The position numbers and the translations under genes were made by a program. 64,000 nucleotides of DNA from a virus. Each line of letters opens with the position of its first letter. The stretch's first letter is position 1. The notes under the pieces were generated by a model. That model saw only the letters and a list, made by a program, of their open reading frames with translations, was not told the DNA's origin and searched no databases. This document shows positions 7,433 to 15,181 of the stretch, piece by piece. Where the stretch lies: positions 64,001 through 128,000 of the IMG/VR virus record IMGVR_UViG_3300005590_000001; one strand, written 5' to 3'.

Positions 7433-8057
7433 TACGGCAGGGAAAAATTCGTCCCAACCACTGCCGTAGAACAAACGGGACTACCCCTGAATTACAGGAG
7501 AAAAGAACAGACGGCGGAAATCCAGAAGTTAGTGTCCACTGAACCCATATATGTTTTTAGATTCCGAGTGGCTATTGTAGGATTTCGGCTATCTTGCCGA
7601 TAGAAACGGCGACTGATCCCAATCAATCAGAACGCGGGAATGTTGGATATCGCTGGACTCACCCGTAGGCTTTTGAGGATTCCCGAATTACTTCGCCGTG
7701 ATACTGTCTAATCAATACTCGGCCGAATATTGACACAGCACAAAAGTCGGCAAATCGCCGACAAACAAAATCGAACCGAGCCATTACCAAATGAGCCATT
7801 ATAGCCGATTCTAGTATAGTCGGAACATTCTCAAACTGATATCAATCTGAGAAGTCCTCTAGAATACTGACTGAGTAGGGAATCGAACCCTCAACTCGGT
7901 TCTTTCCAAAATCGCCGAACAAAAATTCTTGCAGTATTGCCGCAATAGCTTTTATCGGCGAAATCCCAAGGTGCAAGACTATCAGCATCAACCAACAAAA
8001 TGCACCTTATGCCTTACCACTGATCCAAACAGGGATCACTTATCGGCTATCCGCCAA
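7433..8057 (-). ncRNA. candidate large structured ncRNA-2 (~620 nt), family unassigned
   Basis: No credible ORF. Closing helix TGGCGGA/TCCGCCG; ATAGCCGAT/ATCGGCTAT; AAGGTGCA/TGCACCTT; TTCTCAGAT/GTTTGAGAA; GTCAATATTC/GAGTATTGAT; ACGGCGA/TCGCCGT; T-loop hairpin AGGG-TTCGATT-CCCT; most G-U pairs on the minus strand. Confidence 0.68.
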
Positions 8058-8059
8058 TG

Positions 8060-8323
8060 TTATGCAACCGGAATGCCAGTCTCAAAATGATGACTGCAAT
8101 TCGGATTGTCGCAAGTGACTTCGCAATTCAAGCACAGTTTGTTTGCTGCACCTAATTGCATCGGTCGCTGAATCGAGTGTAATTCTGCCGATCCAGCCGC
8201 CGATTCTCTGTCAACAACCTCTTGAGCGTCAGTTGAATTATTGAACGGACCCCACAATGTTGCACTACCATTAGCATTAACAACTGTGACGAACCAATCT
8301 CTATTCAAATGACTATCCAACAT
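8060..8323 (-). CDS. hypothetical protein with C-terminal Cys/His cluster
   Basis: GAGGAG RBS; CxxCxxxCxxxxCxH; directly upstream of ncRNA-2. Confidence 0.65.
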   Translation of the reverse strand: MLDSHLNRDWFVTVVNANGSATLWGPFNNSTDAQEVVDRESAAGSAELHSIQRPMQLGAANKLCLNCEVTCDNPNCSHHFETGIPVA

Positions 8324-8422
8324 GAAACACTCCTCAGAAACACAGCTTGCGAATGTCCGCCGATTGTTCTCTTTTCATGTAAATCCCGCCCGGCAAATGC
8401 CGGGCGGAATCCCAGACAACGC

Positions 8423-9058
8423 CTAGCTGTCGTCTTCGTCTTCGCCGAAATCGCCGAAGTCGAAATCGCCCATGACTTCGCCTGCGAGATTCGGTGCCCG
8501 CTTGCTGCGAAGATTGGTGTACTTCTTGACATTCTGTCGCAAAGCTACGGCAGCCTGTTCGTACAGATCCTCAGTGATATCGGTGAAACCAATATCCCGC
8601 AGACCCTCAACAGGATGAGCCACACGATCTTCGCCATCAAACGAATACTTGATGGAACTGGCGTCCTTTTCCATCGCGTTTCGAACTACCGTGTTCACGC
8701 CGCTTGTTCCGCGACCATCCACGATTCCGCCGAAGAACTTACGGCAGACCCCTTCGTAGATCTGATTCCGAGCGAATTCCAACGCACGATTCCACTGATC
8801 GCGGAAGATGTTACGTGGAATACCACCCAAACGCTTGTCCGGCAGCTTGCCATCCCAGCCGATCATTCGGCAGGCAACTTTCGGATTGGTCTCTCCGTTG
8901 ACCAGACAAAACGACGCAAAGTGCTGAAGCACGTATGCGTTAAACACTGGCGGGTCAACCGTTTCGTAATCACGAACACCCGGCTTTTCCCGCATTGCAG
9001 CAATGGAATTTTCCAAAGCTGCCGCGTACCATTCCTCAGTCTGTTTCGACACAGCCAT
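8423..9058 (-). CDS. hypothetical protein with acidic C-terminal tail
   Basis: GAGGAG RBS; ends DFDFGDFGEDEDDS; followed by the hairpin ccgcccggc-aaat-gccgggcgg. Confidence 0.75.
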   Translation of the reverse strand: MAVSKQTEEWYAAALENSIAAMREKPGVRDYETVDPPVFNAYVLQHFASFCLVNGETNPKVACRMIGWDGKLPDKRLGGIPRNIFRDQWNRALEFARNQIYEGVCRKFFGGIVDGRGTSGVNTVVRNAMEKDASSIKYSFDGEDRVAHPVEGLRDIGFTDITEDLYEQAAVALRQNVKKYTNLRSKRAPNLAGEVMGDFDFGDFGEDEDDS

Positions 9059-9101
9059 GAGAAAATCTCCTCAAAATGAGGTGAACAAAACTGTCCGACT
9101 A

Positions 9102-9410
9102 CTACGATTCGCCGAACAAAAATTCAGACAGAATGTCTTCGGTAATCGTACGATCACTCCTGACTTTCCGCCGTTTCTGTTTCCATGACAATCCCATTGA
9201 GGAACCATCAGAAAACCAATCCGTTACTTCGTCACCGAAGAACACTTTTGGAATGACCGTGCCATTCCATGCCGCGAACCGGACACACAAACGACCGTTC
9301 TCACGAAACAGGTCAGCAATCGCACACTTTTCGTGACTTTTGCCGTTAGATTCAACGATTGTGAACCGCCGGTTTTCCGCTTTTCGCGGGATTTTTAACC
9401 GTTTTCGCAC
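9102..9410 (-). CDS. hypothetical basic protein
   Basis: Start re-assigned to GTG (VRKRLK) after GGAG; the upstream extension is the TGTACA repeat tract. Confidence 0.6.
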   Translation of the reverse strand: MRKRLKIPRKAENRRFTIVESNGKSHEKCAIADLFRENGRLCVRFAAWNGTVIPKVFFGDEVTDWFSDGSSMGLSWKQKRRKVRSDRTITEDILSEFLFGES

Positions 9411-9598
9411 CGTTTTCTCCGTTTTGTTGTCGTTGTCGTTGTTTGTGGTTGTCTCTGTCGCCACCCTATAAGCTATGGAGGGCACGTTGTCCGGTTTTTC
9501 TGGCAGGATTTGACGCTGTAATTTTGAACACTGTACAAACGTTGTGCGGACACTTGAAAGGTGTACAGTGTACAAGCGTAAGGTGTGCAAATGTGAGG

Positions 9599-9668
9599 TG
9601 TACAGAGGTGGGGTCGACAAGTGTTAAGTGTACAAATGTTCATCTGTCGCGGACATTTGTCCCGCGAC
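9599..9668. repeat. ~68-bp imperfect direct repeat copy 1, ending in palindrome TCGCGGACATTTGTCCCGCGA
   Basis: tgtaca..gtggggt.gaca...tgtacaaatgttc....tcgcggacatttgtcccgcga; copy 2 at 11549-11617. Confidence 0.85.
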
Positions 9669-9712
9669 CGCCTGTACAGTGTACAAACGATCAGGAGAAC
9701 AAATGTTCAGTC

Positions 9713-9752
9713 AAACAAACCGCTCCCCTGTACAAGCGTACAGGGGAGGGTT
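9713..9752 (-). terminator. probable intrinsic terminator
   Basis: CTCCCCTGTAC-GCTT-GTACAGGGGAG followed by TTTGTTTG, just after the stop of the 536-aa gene. Confidence 0.6.
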
Positions 9753-9764
9753 GCTGTACAGATG

Positions 9765-11375
9765 TCAACTGTCTCTGCGATGGTTCAAACCACCATGCCG
9801 CCGATGACTGGGCACCTGTCCAGTGTATTGGAACATTGTACATTCGTCCATGCAGACGTGGTCCTCCATTTTCTTCTCTAGACTCTTGTACAGGTCCTTC
9901 AGGCGAGCGAAGTACGCTGAACGCTTGATCCGCCTGAACTTATGATCAGCGGCAATTCCGAGATCAGCGTCGCCGTTCTTTCGTAGACAATTGTACAGTG
10001 CCACGCGGCGGAACTTCTGATCGACATTCGGGAACATGCTGGACAGATGATCAGTGTGTTCGATCTGACTCTGCAAAAGAGCCAACTGGTTATCTGTCCA
10101 GTTCAGCGAATCGTCCATCATCATCTCATGAAGTGGAAACTTGTTCAGCTTGCCGTATTCGTCGTGAGTTCGGCGGACTGTATTCATGTACAGGTCCACG
10201 TGCTTCTCACGAGACTGACGATTCAGCATAGTGTACAAAGTTACACCGATGAACTTCAGGTTTCGCAGTGAACGGGTGTACACTACTTCCTGTGGTCTGG
10301 ACGATTGTCCAATTTGAATCCACGTCGGTTTCTGCTGGACAAATGTCCCGAAGATTCCGGTGGATTCTTCGTAACTGATCGGATGTTCAAGCGGACCTTC
10401 GAGCGAGGTCATTTTACTGAACTGACGTATATATGATTCGCTGCGGGACCGAATACTGAACTCGTGTCCAGTTTCCAAACATCTGAATCGAATTTCTTTC
10501 ACCTTGCGATTCTGTACAGTGTTCTTTTGATCAGTACGTCGGCTGACCGTTTCCATATCGACCACGTGGATTTTACTGTCCACACGTTCAACTGTACGTG
10601 CGACCAGATAGGCTTTTCCGCGGTCAGTCGGATCGAACCACCTGCACAGTGTTGAACAATTGTTCATCAAAAACGCTCGCTGGCAGGCGTCCTCAATATC
10701 ATCTCCGCTGAAAATTTGATCAGGGAGTTGCAACCCACTGGACACGCGTCCATCTCGCTGCTGATCCGGATTGAACATCTTTCCGCCCCGACCATGATTC
10801 GCGGTCCCGTCAGTGGAATGATGTACAGTAGTCCGTTCTCGCATCGAATTCAGCTTGGTGGACACGCGTTCACCCCGCTTCCGGTTCTGTGCATTGCAGA
10901 AATCGGCCACAAACGGATCACTGATCGCACGTATAGTGGTCAGAATCTTGATCTGTTCATCTGTATAGTGAATCCCGTTGTCGAGATTCGGTTCAGGTGA
11001 ACAATTGGACAGTGCCACGAACAAGCACCTTGCAGCACGAAGCGGCATTGTACATCTGTACACTGTCGGTCGTGCCATGAATCCGGTGCGTGTCCTGTAC
11101 AGTGTGAACCGAAGCATACGCTGGTCAGTTGTCCACGCGTTGTCCATATTGAGCATATGTTCAGCACAGTACCAATGATCAGTAACGTCATCGACCCACG
11201 CTGGACATTCGCTGTCCATAGACAGATGTTCAGCCATATCGGCGACTGAACCGATGTACACTGGAATTCCGGTATCTTCTGCCGCACGAATTGTGGGGAG
11301 CTGGCGGAATGCCTGCATTGACATTTGTTCACGTGTAACGCCTGTCATGGAAACGCCGGTTGGGAAACTGTTCAT
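9765..11375 (-). CDS. large orphan protein (~536 aa)
   Basis: Start re-assigned to MNSFPTG after GAGGAG; long uninterrupted frame; no family motif recognised. Confidence 0.7.
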   Translation of the reverse strand: MNSFPTGVSMTGVTREQMSMQAFRQLPTIRAAEDTGIPVYIGSVADMAEHLSMDSECPAWVDDVTDHWYCAEHMLNMDNAWTTDQRMLRFTLYRTRTGFMARPTVYRCTMPLRAARCLFVALSNCSPEPNLDNGIHYTDEQIKILTTIRAISDPFVADFCNAQNRKRGERVSTKLNSMRERTTVHHSTDGTANHGRGGKMFNPDQQRDGRVSSGLQLPDQIFSGDDIEDACQRAFLMNNCSTLCRWFDPTDRGKAYLVARTVERVDSKIHVVDMETVSRRTDQKNTVQNRKVKEIRFRCLETGHEFSIRSRSESYIRQFSKMTSLEGPLEHPISYEESTGIFGTFVQQKPTWIQIGQSSRPQEVVYTRSLRNLKFIGVTLYTMLNRQSREKHVDLYMNTVRRTHDEYGKLNKFPLHEMMMDDSLNWTDNQLALLQSQIEHTDHLSSMFPNVDQKFRRVALYNCLRKNGDADLGIAADHKFRRIKRSAYFARLKDLYKSLEKKMEDHVCMDECTMFQYTGQVPSHRRHGGLNHRRDS

Positions 11376-11548
11376 CTGTACACTCCTCAAAACAAGAGAG
11401 AAACGGTCGGCTGAACACATGTCCAGCCGCCCGGCAGACTGCCGGGAAACCCATTGTAGCAAGCTGTCCGGCAAAATCCACACAATTCGGGAAAGATTTT
11501 TACTGGAATATTGAACACTGTACAGACTATCAATGTACAAAGTGACAC

Positions 11549-11617
11549 TGTACAAGAGTGGGGTGGACATCTTTGCACTGTACAAATGTTCTCTCTCGCG
11601 GACATTTGTCCCGCGAG
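11549..11617. repeat. ~68-bp imperfect direct repeat copy 2 with palindrome
   Basis: See copy 1; the two copies bracket the 536-aa gene. Confidence 0.85.
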
Positions 11618-11675
11618 CACGTTAGAATCTGTGCCCACGGGCAGCCCGATTGCTGCCCGTTCTTACTTTTGAGAA

Positions 11676-12116
11676 TCAGCGTCGTTTGCGGCGTACTATT
11701 CTTTTGCAATCACACTTGCGTGCGGCGGCAAGAGCGGTTTTCTTGTCGATTCCCATTTCTTGCAATTCTTTTGCTTTGTCGAGAATCGACTGCATTCTGT
11801 ATTGGAATTCTTGTCTAGCTGGCGGGATATTCGTGCCATGATAATTAACCTTAATTTCATTTCCCGCTGGATACAACGATGCACCTTCTGGAACTCCCAG
11901 ATATGAGAATTCTCCATTGTGACGGAATGGTCTGTATCGTTGACGATCCTGTGCGAGATTCGGAAAGATTCCGAAAATCGTATATGTGTTTCGCTCATCT
12001 GACAGCAGATCACCAGCGTGAGACGCTGTGTATATTACGCGTTTGACGCCTTCGCGGTCTTTGAAGACGAAAACGAAATCGTACTTATGGTGACGGTAAT
12101 TTGCAGGAAACAACAT
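11676..12116 (-). CDS. hypothetical protein
   Basis: AGGAG RBS; basic C-terminus; followed by the hairpin acgggcagc..gctgcccgt. Confidence 0.7.
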   Translation of the reverse strand: MLFPANYRHHKYDFVFVFKDREGVKRVIYTASHAGDLLSDERNTYTIFGIFPNLAQDRQRYRPFRHNGEFSYLGVPEGASLYPAGNEIKVNYHGTNIPPARQEFQYRMQSILDKAKELQEMGIDKKTALAAARKCDCKRIVRRKRR

Positions 12117-12183
12117 TATTCAAACTCCTAAAACAGAGAAGGGAAACCACCCGCAGGATCCTGCGGGTGGTGGTCGTCAAGTC

Positions 12184-12411
12184 TTACAATCTTTCGATTG
12201 AGTGTATTACTTCATGCGGATCTGGATTTGATTCTGCCTTTCCGCGACACTGGATACAAACGTCCAGAATAGCATGGTCGAAAACTTTACCATCCTGCTG
12301 ACTGACTCCGGAAAAACAGACCCGGTATTTTTTCGGGCAGAGATTACAAACGTGGCATTTTCCCGGATACATCCGGTCAAGATAATTCAGAATTGCATCG
12401 TTTGATAGCAT
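12184..12411 (-). CDS. small Cys-rich protein
   Basis: Start re-assigned to MLSND after GAAGGT; CxxC motifs. Confidence 0.55.
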   Translation of the reverse strand: MLSNDAILNYLDRMYPGKCHVCNLCPKKYRVCFSGVSQQDGKVFDHAILDVCIQCRGKAESNPDPHEVIHSIERL

Positions 12412-12475
12412 TTCGTCACCTTCAGTTGAATGAAGACCACCCGCGGGACGTCCCGCGGGTGGTGGTCGCCAGATT

Positions 12476-12952
12476 CTACAGTTTCTCGATTGCGATCTCT
12501 GCCAAATTGGCATACGGATTGCCAATCCACAACTGAATGCCAGCATGCTTCGCTGTCAGCAGAGCCTGTTCATGCGTGAATTCACGCTCTTCGATTCCCC
12601 CGTTTTCCACAATTTGGACCACGATTTTCCCGTTAATGGGAAATACCATAATTCGCCGATTTTCATCGGCGACGATTCCGAAGCGATTGTCCCATCGTGA
12701 AAAGTGGGTGATTGCATACGGCGCAGCCTTGTCTTGATCCCTCAGTTCAAGATATCCCTTGGCGGTGATTTCGTTCAACTTTTCCTTGACACCATTGACA
12801 GCCATCGGACGACCAGTCTTGTCGTTGGGAAAAAATGTTCCCATTGTCCGCATTGCGGGTGGCTTTCCGTTCTCGAAAACGAATTTGCAGTAAACGTCCA
12901 AGAATCGCGCCTGTCGTTCCGTAAGTTTGTTTTCCGTTGCCTTGCGTTTCAT
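12476..12952 (-). CDS. LexA-type winged-HTH DNA-binding protein lacking the S24 peptidase domain
   Basis: LTERQ..FL......ENGKPP.MR.MG....GV.EKL..I..KGYLE fits the LexA N-terminal domain pattern LT.RQ....G.PP..RE........L..KGY; AGGAG RBS. Confidence 0.72.
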   Translation of the reverse strand: MKRKATENKLTERQARFLDVYCKFVFENGKPPAMRTMGTFFPNDKTGRPMAVNGVKEKLNEITAKGYLELRDQDKAAPYAITHFSRWDNRFGIVADENRRIMVFPINGKIVVQIVENGGIEEREFTHEQALLTAKHAGIQLWIGNPYANLAEIAIEKL

Positions 12953-13009
12953 CGTGTGAACTCCTGAAAAGAGAATGTTTGACGCGGTCGATTGCCGCGT
13001 TCTGCCCCT

Positions 13010-13037
13010 ATTCTAGCGACTGTTCTAGGATCGTCAA
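13010..13037 (-). promoter_or_regulatory. sigma70-type promoter
   Basis: TTGACG-16 nt-TAGAAT with AT-rich upstream DNA, preceding the LexA-like gene. Confidence 0.7.
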
Positions 13038-13133
13038 CAATAAAATTTTACTTTTGTGCAATGGACAAAATCACAGCTTGTTCCCATTTATAGGAATCTA
13101 AATTGTCACTATTGAGAATCCCGAAATTGAGAG

Positions 13134-13185
13134 GACCATTCCTATTTATAAGAATCTCGAAAATCGCGGACATTTGTCCCGCGAT
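13134..13185. repeat. cassette-boundary repeat (GACCATTCCTATTNATAAGAAT + CGCGGACATTTGTC palindrome), copy at 13134
   Basis: Second copy at 13550-13600. Confidence 0.8.
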
Positions 13186-13201
13186 CACGCATTTCCTTTT
13201 A

Positions 13202-13237
13202 CAAAGAAAAGAGCATCGGCCGATCTCCGATGCTCTT
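13202..13237 (-). terminator. intrinsic terminator
   Basis: AAGAGCATCGG-AGATCGG-CCGATGCTCTT-TTCTTT. Confidence 0.75.
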
Positions 13238-13248
13238 GGTCGTTTCGT

Positions 13249-13419
13249 TCAATCCTGCTTCCGGACCCTCAGGATCGTCGCTTCAGGGTATTCACTCCGA
13301 AACTTGTTCCGGGCATGCTGCTCGGATGACGCCTGAGTGACAAAATAAATTCCGTCAGCATTCTCGACACTGTACCGGGCATAAAGCTCCGGCCGATAAA
13401 CCCGTTCCTTTGTGTTCAT
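13249..13419 (-). CDS. small hypothetical protein (56 aa, below the ORF-track cutoff)
   Basis: AAGGA RBS; MNTKERVYRPELYARYSVENADGIYFVTQASSEQHARNKFRSEYPEATILRVRKQD; has its own promoter and terminator. Confidence 0.7.
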   Translation of the reverse strand: MNTKERVYRPELYARYSVENADGIYFVTQASSEQHARNKFRSEYPEATILRVRKQD

Positions 13420-13482
13420 GTTGTCTTTCCTTGTAAATCAGGAAACAAAGCGAATCACAGCGAAGTGCTGTGAACTGACACC

Positions 13483-13510
13483 ATATTAACGAGTGAATTC
13501 CGGTTGTCAA
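13483..13510 (-). promoter_or_regulatory. sigma70-type promoter
   Basis: TTGACA-16 nt-TAATAT. Confidence 0.68.
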
Positions 13511-13549
13511 CATAGCCTTATAAGAATTTTTTACTCCCAATTTTGGGAA

Positions 13550-13600
13550 GACCATTCCTATTGATAAGAATATATTCGCTCGCGGACATTTGTCTCCGCT
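13550..13600. repeat. cassette-boundary repeat, copy at 13550
   Basis: gaccattcctattgataagaat...tcgcggacatttgtc. Confidence 0.8.
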
Positions 13601-13674
13601 CGAAAACGCATAAACGCCCAAGAGATCTTGGACGAGAAAAGCCCGCGGGTTTCCCCGCGGGCTGGGTTCAGTTC

Positions 13675-14112
13675 TTATTCCAGTGGTCCGAGTTCATTCA
13701 CATCCCGAAAAATTGGCTGACACAATCGGAATTCTTGCTGTGTGCCATTCGGCCAGATTCTAAACTTCGCTCCCTCCTTCTCTCTGCAATCCATGCATAC
13801 GTTCCACATCGAATCGTTAATGTCATCATTATCAATCATCATCCCAACCCACATTCGGGTGCCGGTCAATCTGCTTCGCAGAAAATTGCGGATGATAGCA
13901 CTAGATACTGACGGGCCAGCTTTTGCTACAGGGTTGATATGGAACCACCGTACCCTGAGACCCACCTTGGTGGTTTCATAGGCAAGACACCCCGCCATTG
14001 CTCCATCAGGATACGCCATCACAACATAGTGCATATCCTGCGTCAGGAGTGATGCAGGAGCGCCCATATATTCGGCGACAGTGTCAGCAACTTCGAAATA
14101 TTCAAAAACCAT
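13675..14112 (-). CDS. putative GNAT-fold protein (degenerate)
   Basis: Start MVFEY after GGAG; VMA..DG.MAGCL.Y......L.V.WFHINP resembles GNAT strands beta2-beta4, but the canonical R/Q-x-x-G-x-G motif is absent. Confidence 0.4.
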   Translation of the reverse strand: MVFEYFEVADTVAEYMGAPASLLTQDMHYVVMAYPDGAMAGCLAYETTKVGLRVRWFHINPVAKAGPSVSSAIIRNFLRSRLTGTRMWVGMMIDNDDINDSMWNVCMDCREKEGAKFRIWPNGTQQEFRLCQPIFRDVNELGPLE

Positions 14113-14170
14113 GAGCGTTCTCCAAAAAACACCCGCGGGTTTCCCCGCGGGTGTCGATTCAGACCCAACC

Positions 14171-14461
14171 TTACAATTCAACTTCTGTCCGTGCTACGGT
14201 GTCAGCATTGAAACGGGCATGAATGCGGGCACCACCCGTTGTGCGGTCAACGCTGCATTGCATTGTGTGTGGCAATGCTGACTGAAACGCCGTGATAAAC
14301 GCGTCACAATCAACAACGTGAAACCCGATCACATTCCGGCTGATCCCGTCAGGGAATTGCAATTCCCAGACATCCGAATCCAGCACGGAAGCATATCCAG
14401 CACGGCGCAAAGTAGCGGCAAGCTGAATTTCACTTCGGTCGTCCACAATAGAAACGAGCAT
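14171..14461 (-). CDS. hypothetical protein
   Basis: 96-aa ORF between two repeat hairpins. Confidence 0.6.
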   Translation of the reverse strand: MLVSIVDDRSEIQLAATLRRAGYASVLDSDVWELQFPDGISRNVIGFHVVDCDAFITAFQSALPHTMQCSVDRTTGGARIHARFNADTVARTEVEL

Positions 14462-14515
14462 ATCAAACCCCTAAAAGAGACCCGCGGGTTTTCCCGCGGG
14501 TGGTGTGAAACTGCC

Positions 14516-14653
14516 TCACGCGAGGTAGTCGATAACTTCTTCAATCTTGGTCACTGTCCACTCTGACAACAAAACCAAGCCCCAAATTGGCATCACAAAC
14601 GCCAGCACAACTGACACTCCGATCAGAATCGGCAACTCAAACAAATCACGCAT
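14516..14653 (-). CDS. small membrane peptide (45 aa)
   Basis: Hand translation MRDLFELPILIGVSVVLAFVMPIWGLVLLSEWTVTKIEEVIDYLA, coupled to the upstream stop. Confidence 0.5.
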   Translation of the reverse strand: MRDLFELPILIGVSVVLAFVMPIWGLVLLSEWTVTKIEEVIDYLA

Positions 14654-14918
14654 CTTTCAACTCCCGTGGCCAGATAATGCTGACCGCATAATCGGCATCC
14701 CAACCGATTCGATTATTGGAAATCACAATTTGCCAGACTGCTTTGCGATTCTTCCGGGCATACCGTCGACGCTCCACGATGAACGTCTGACCCGCAAAGC
14801 TGATCTGCCTAGGTTGTCGGCGGAATTCGCTAAACTTGAAGACGACTGACCGGCCATCTTGGTGCTTCAATCCCCAGTGAGTATCGCTGGGATCCTGCGA
14901 AATATATCGCGTTGCCAT
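14646..14918 (-). CDS. hypothetical protein
   Basis: Start MATRY after AAGGG; first gene after the 14978-15005 promoter. Confidence 0.6.
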   Translation of the reverse strand: MATRYISQDPSDTHWGLKHQDGRSVVFKFSEFRRQPRQISFAGQTFIVERRRYARKNRKAVWQIVISNNRIGWDADYAVSIIWPRELKDA

Positions 14919-14977
14919 AATGTTGTTCCCTTTTGGGAAAGTATTGTTCGCTGTGACCGTCACAGCACTGAGCACCA

Positions 14978-15005
14978 ATTATAACATCGGCAGGAACAAT
15001 CGCAA
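14978..15005 (-). promoter_or_regulatory. sigma70-type promoter with extended -10
   Basis: TTGCGA-16 nt (ending TGT)-TATAAT. Confidence 0.7.
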
Positions 15006-15181
15006 GGCTTTAGTTTTATTTTCTCGTTTGTGTCGTAAGTAGTTGGGACATAACGGCTTAGGGCGGGGTTTTTCATTCTCAAAAATGGTTTTGTGGGGAG
15101 GGCCGGAATCGCCGGGGCCTCAACACACGAACTTCAGCACTTTCCCCACAACATCCGCGGACATCTGCGGGCAACCCCAAT

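Larger units (their letters stand above)
9525..11620. repeat. TGTACA / TGNACA-NN-YGTNCA dyad-saturated tract
   Basis: 26 TGTACA counted by eye between 9532 and 11584, against only a handful elsewhere in the window; about 20 further related dyads. Confidence 0.9.
12146..14505. repeat. family of five intergenic CCCGC(G/A)GG-arm hairpins
   Basis: Copies near 12146-12172, 12436-12463, 13640-13663, 14129-14154 and 14480-14500, each just 3' of a minus-strand stop codon. Confidence 0.85.

Noticed and set aside
7870-7900. Isolated T-arm as a further tRNA
   Set aside because: No D arm or anticodon arm upstream; treated as part of ncRNA-2
2881-8057. tmRNA or RNase P identity for either large RNA
   Set aside because: No GGGG..UCCACCA tRNA-like domain with a tag frame; no GAGGAAAGUCC / AAC(A)GAA P4 consensus
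8309-9079. 256-aa plus-strand ORF
   Set aside because: Antisense shadow of 8423-9058, which has the RBS and the regional orientation
9411-9928. ORFs 9443-9928, 9621-9881 and the N-terminal extension of 9102-9620
   Set aside because: Low-complexity translations of the TGTACA tract (VQC/LYT repeats)
11376-11585. N-terminal 70 aa of the 606-aa ORF
   Set aside because: This is the repeat/promoter tract (TGnTACAAT near 11452-11460); a GAGGAG RBS supports the start at 11375
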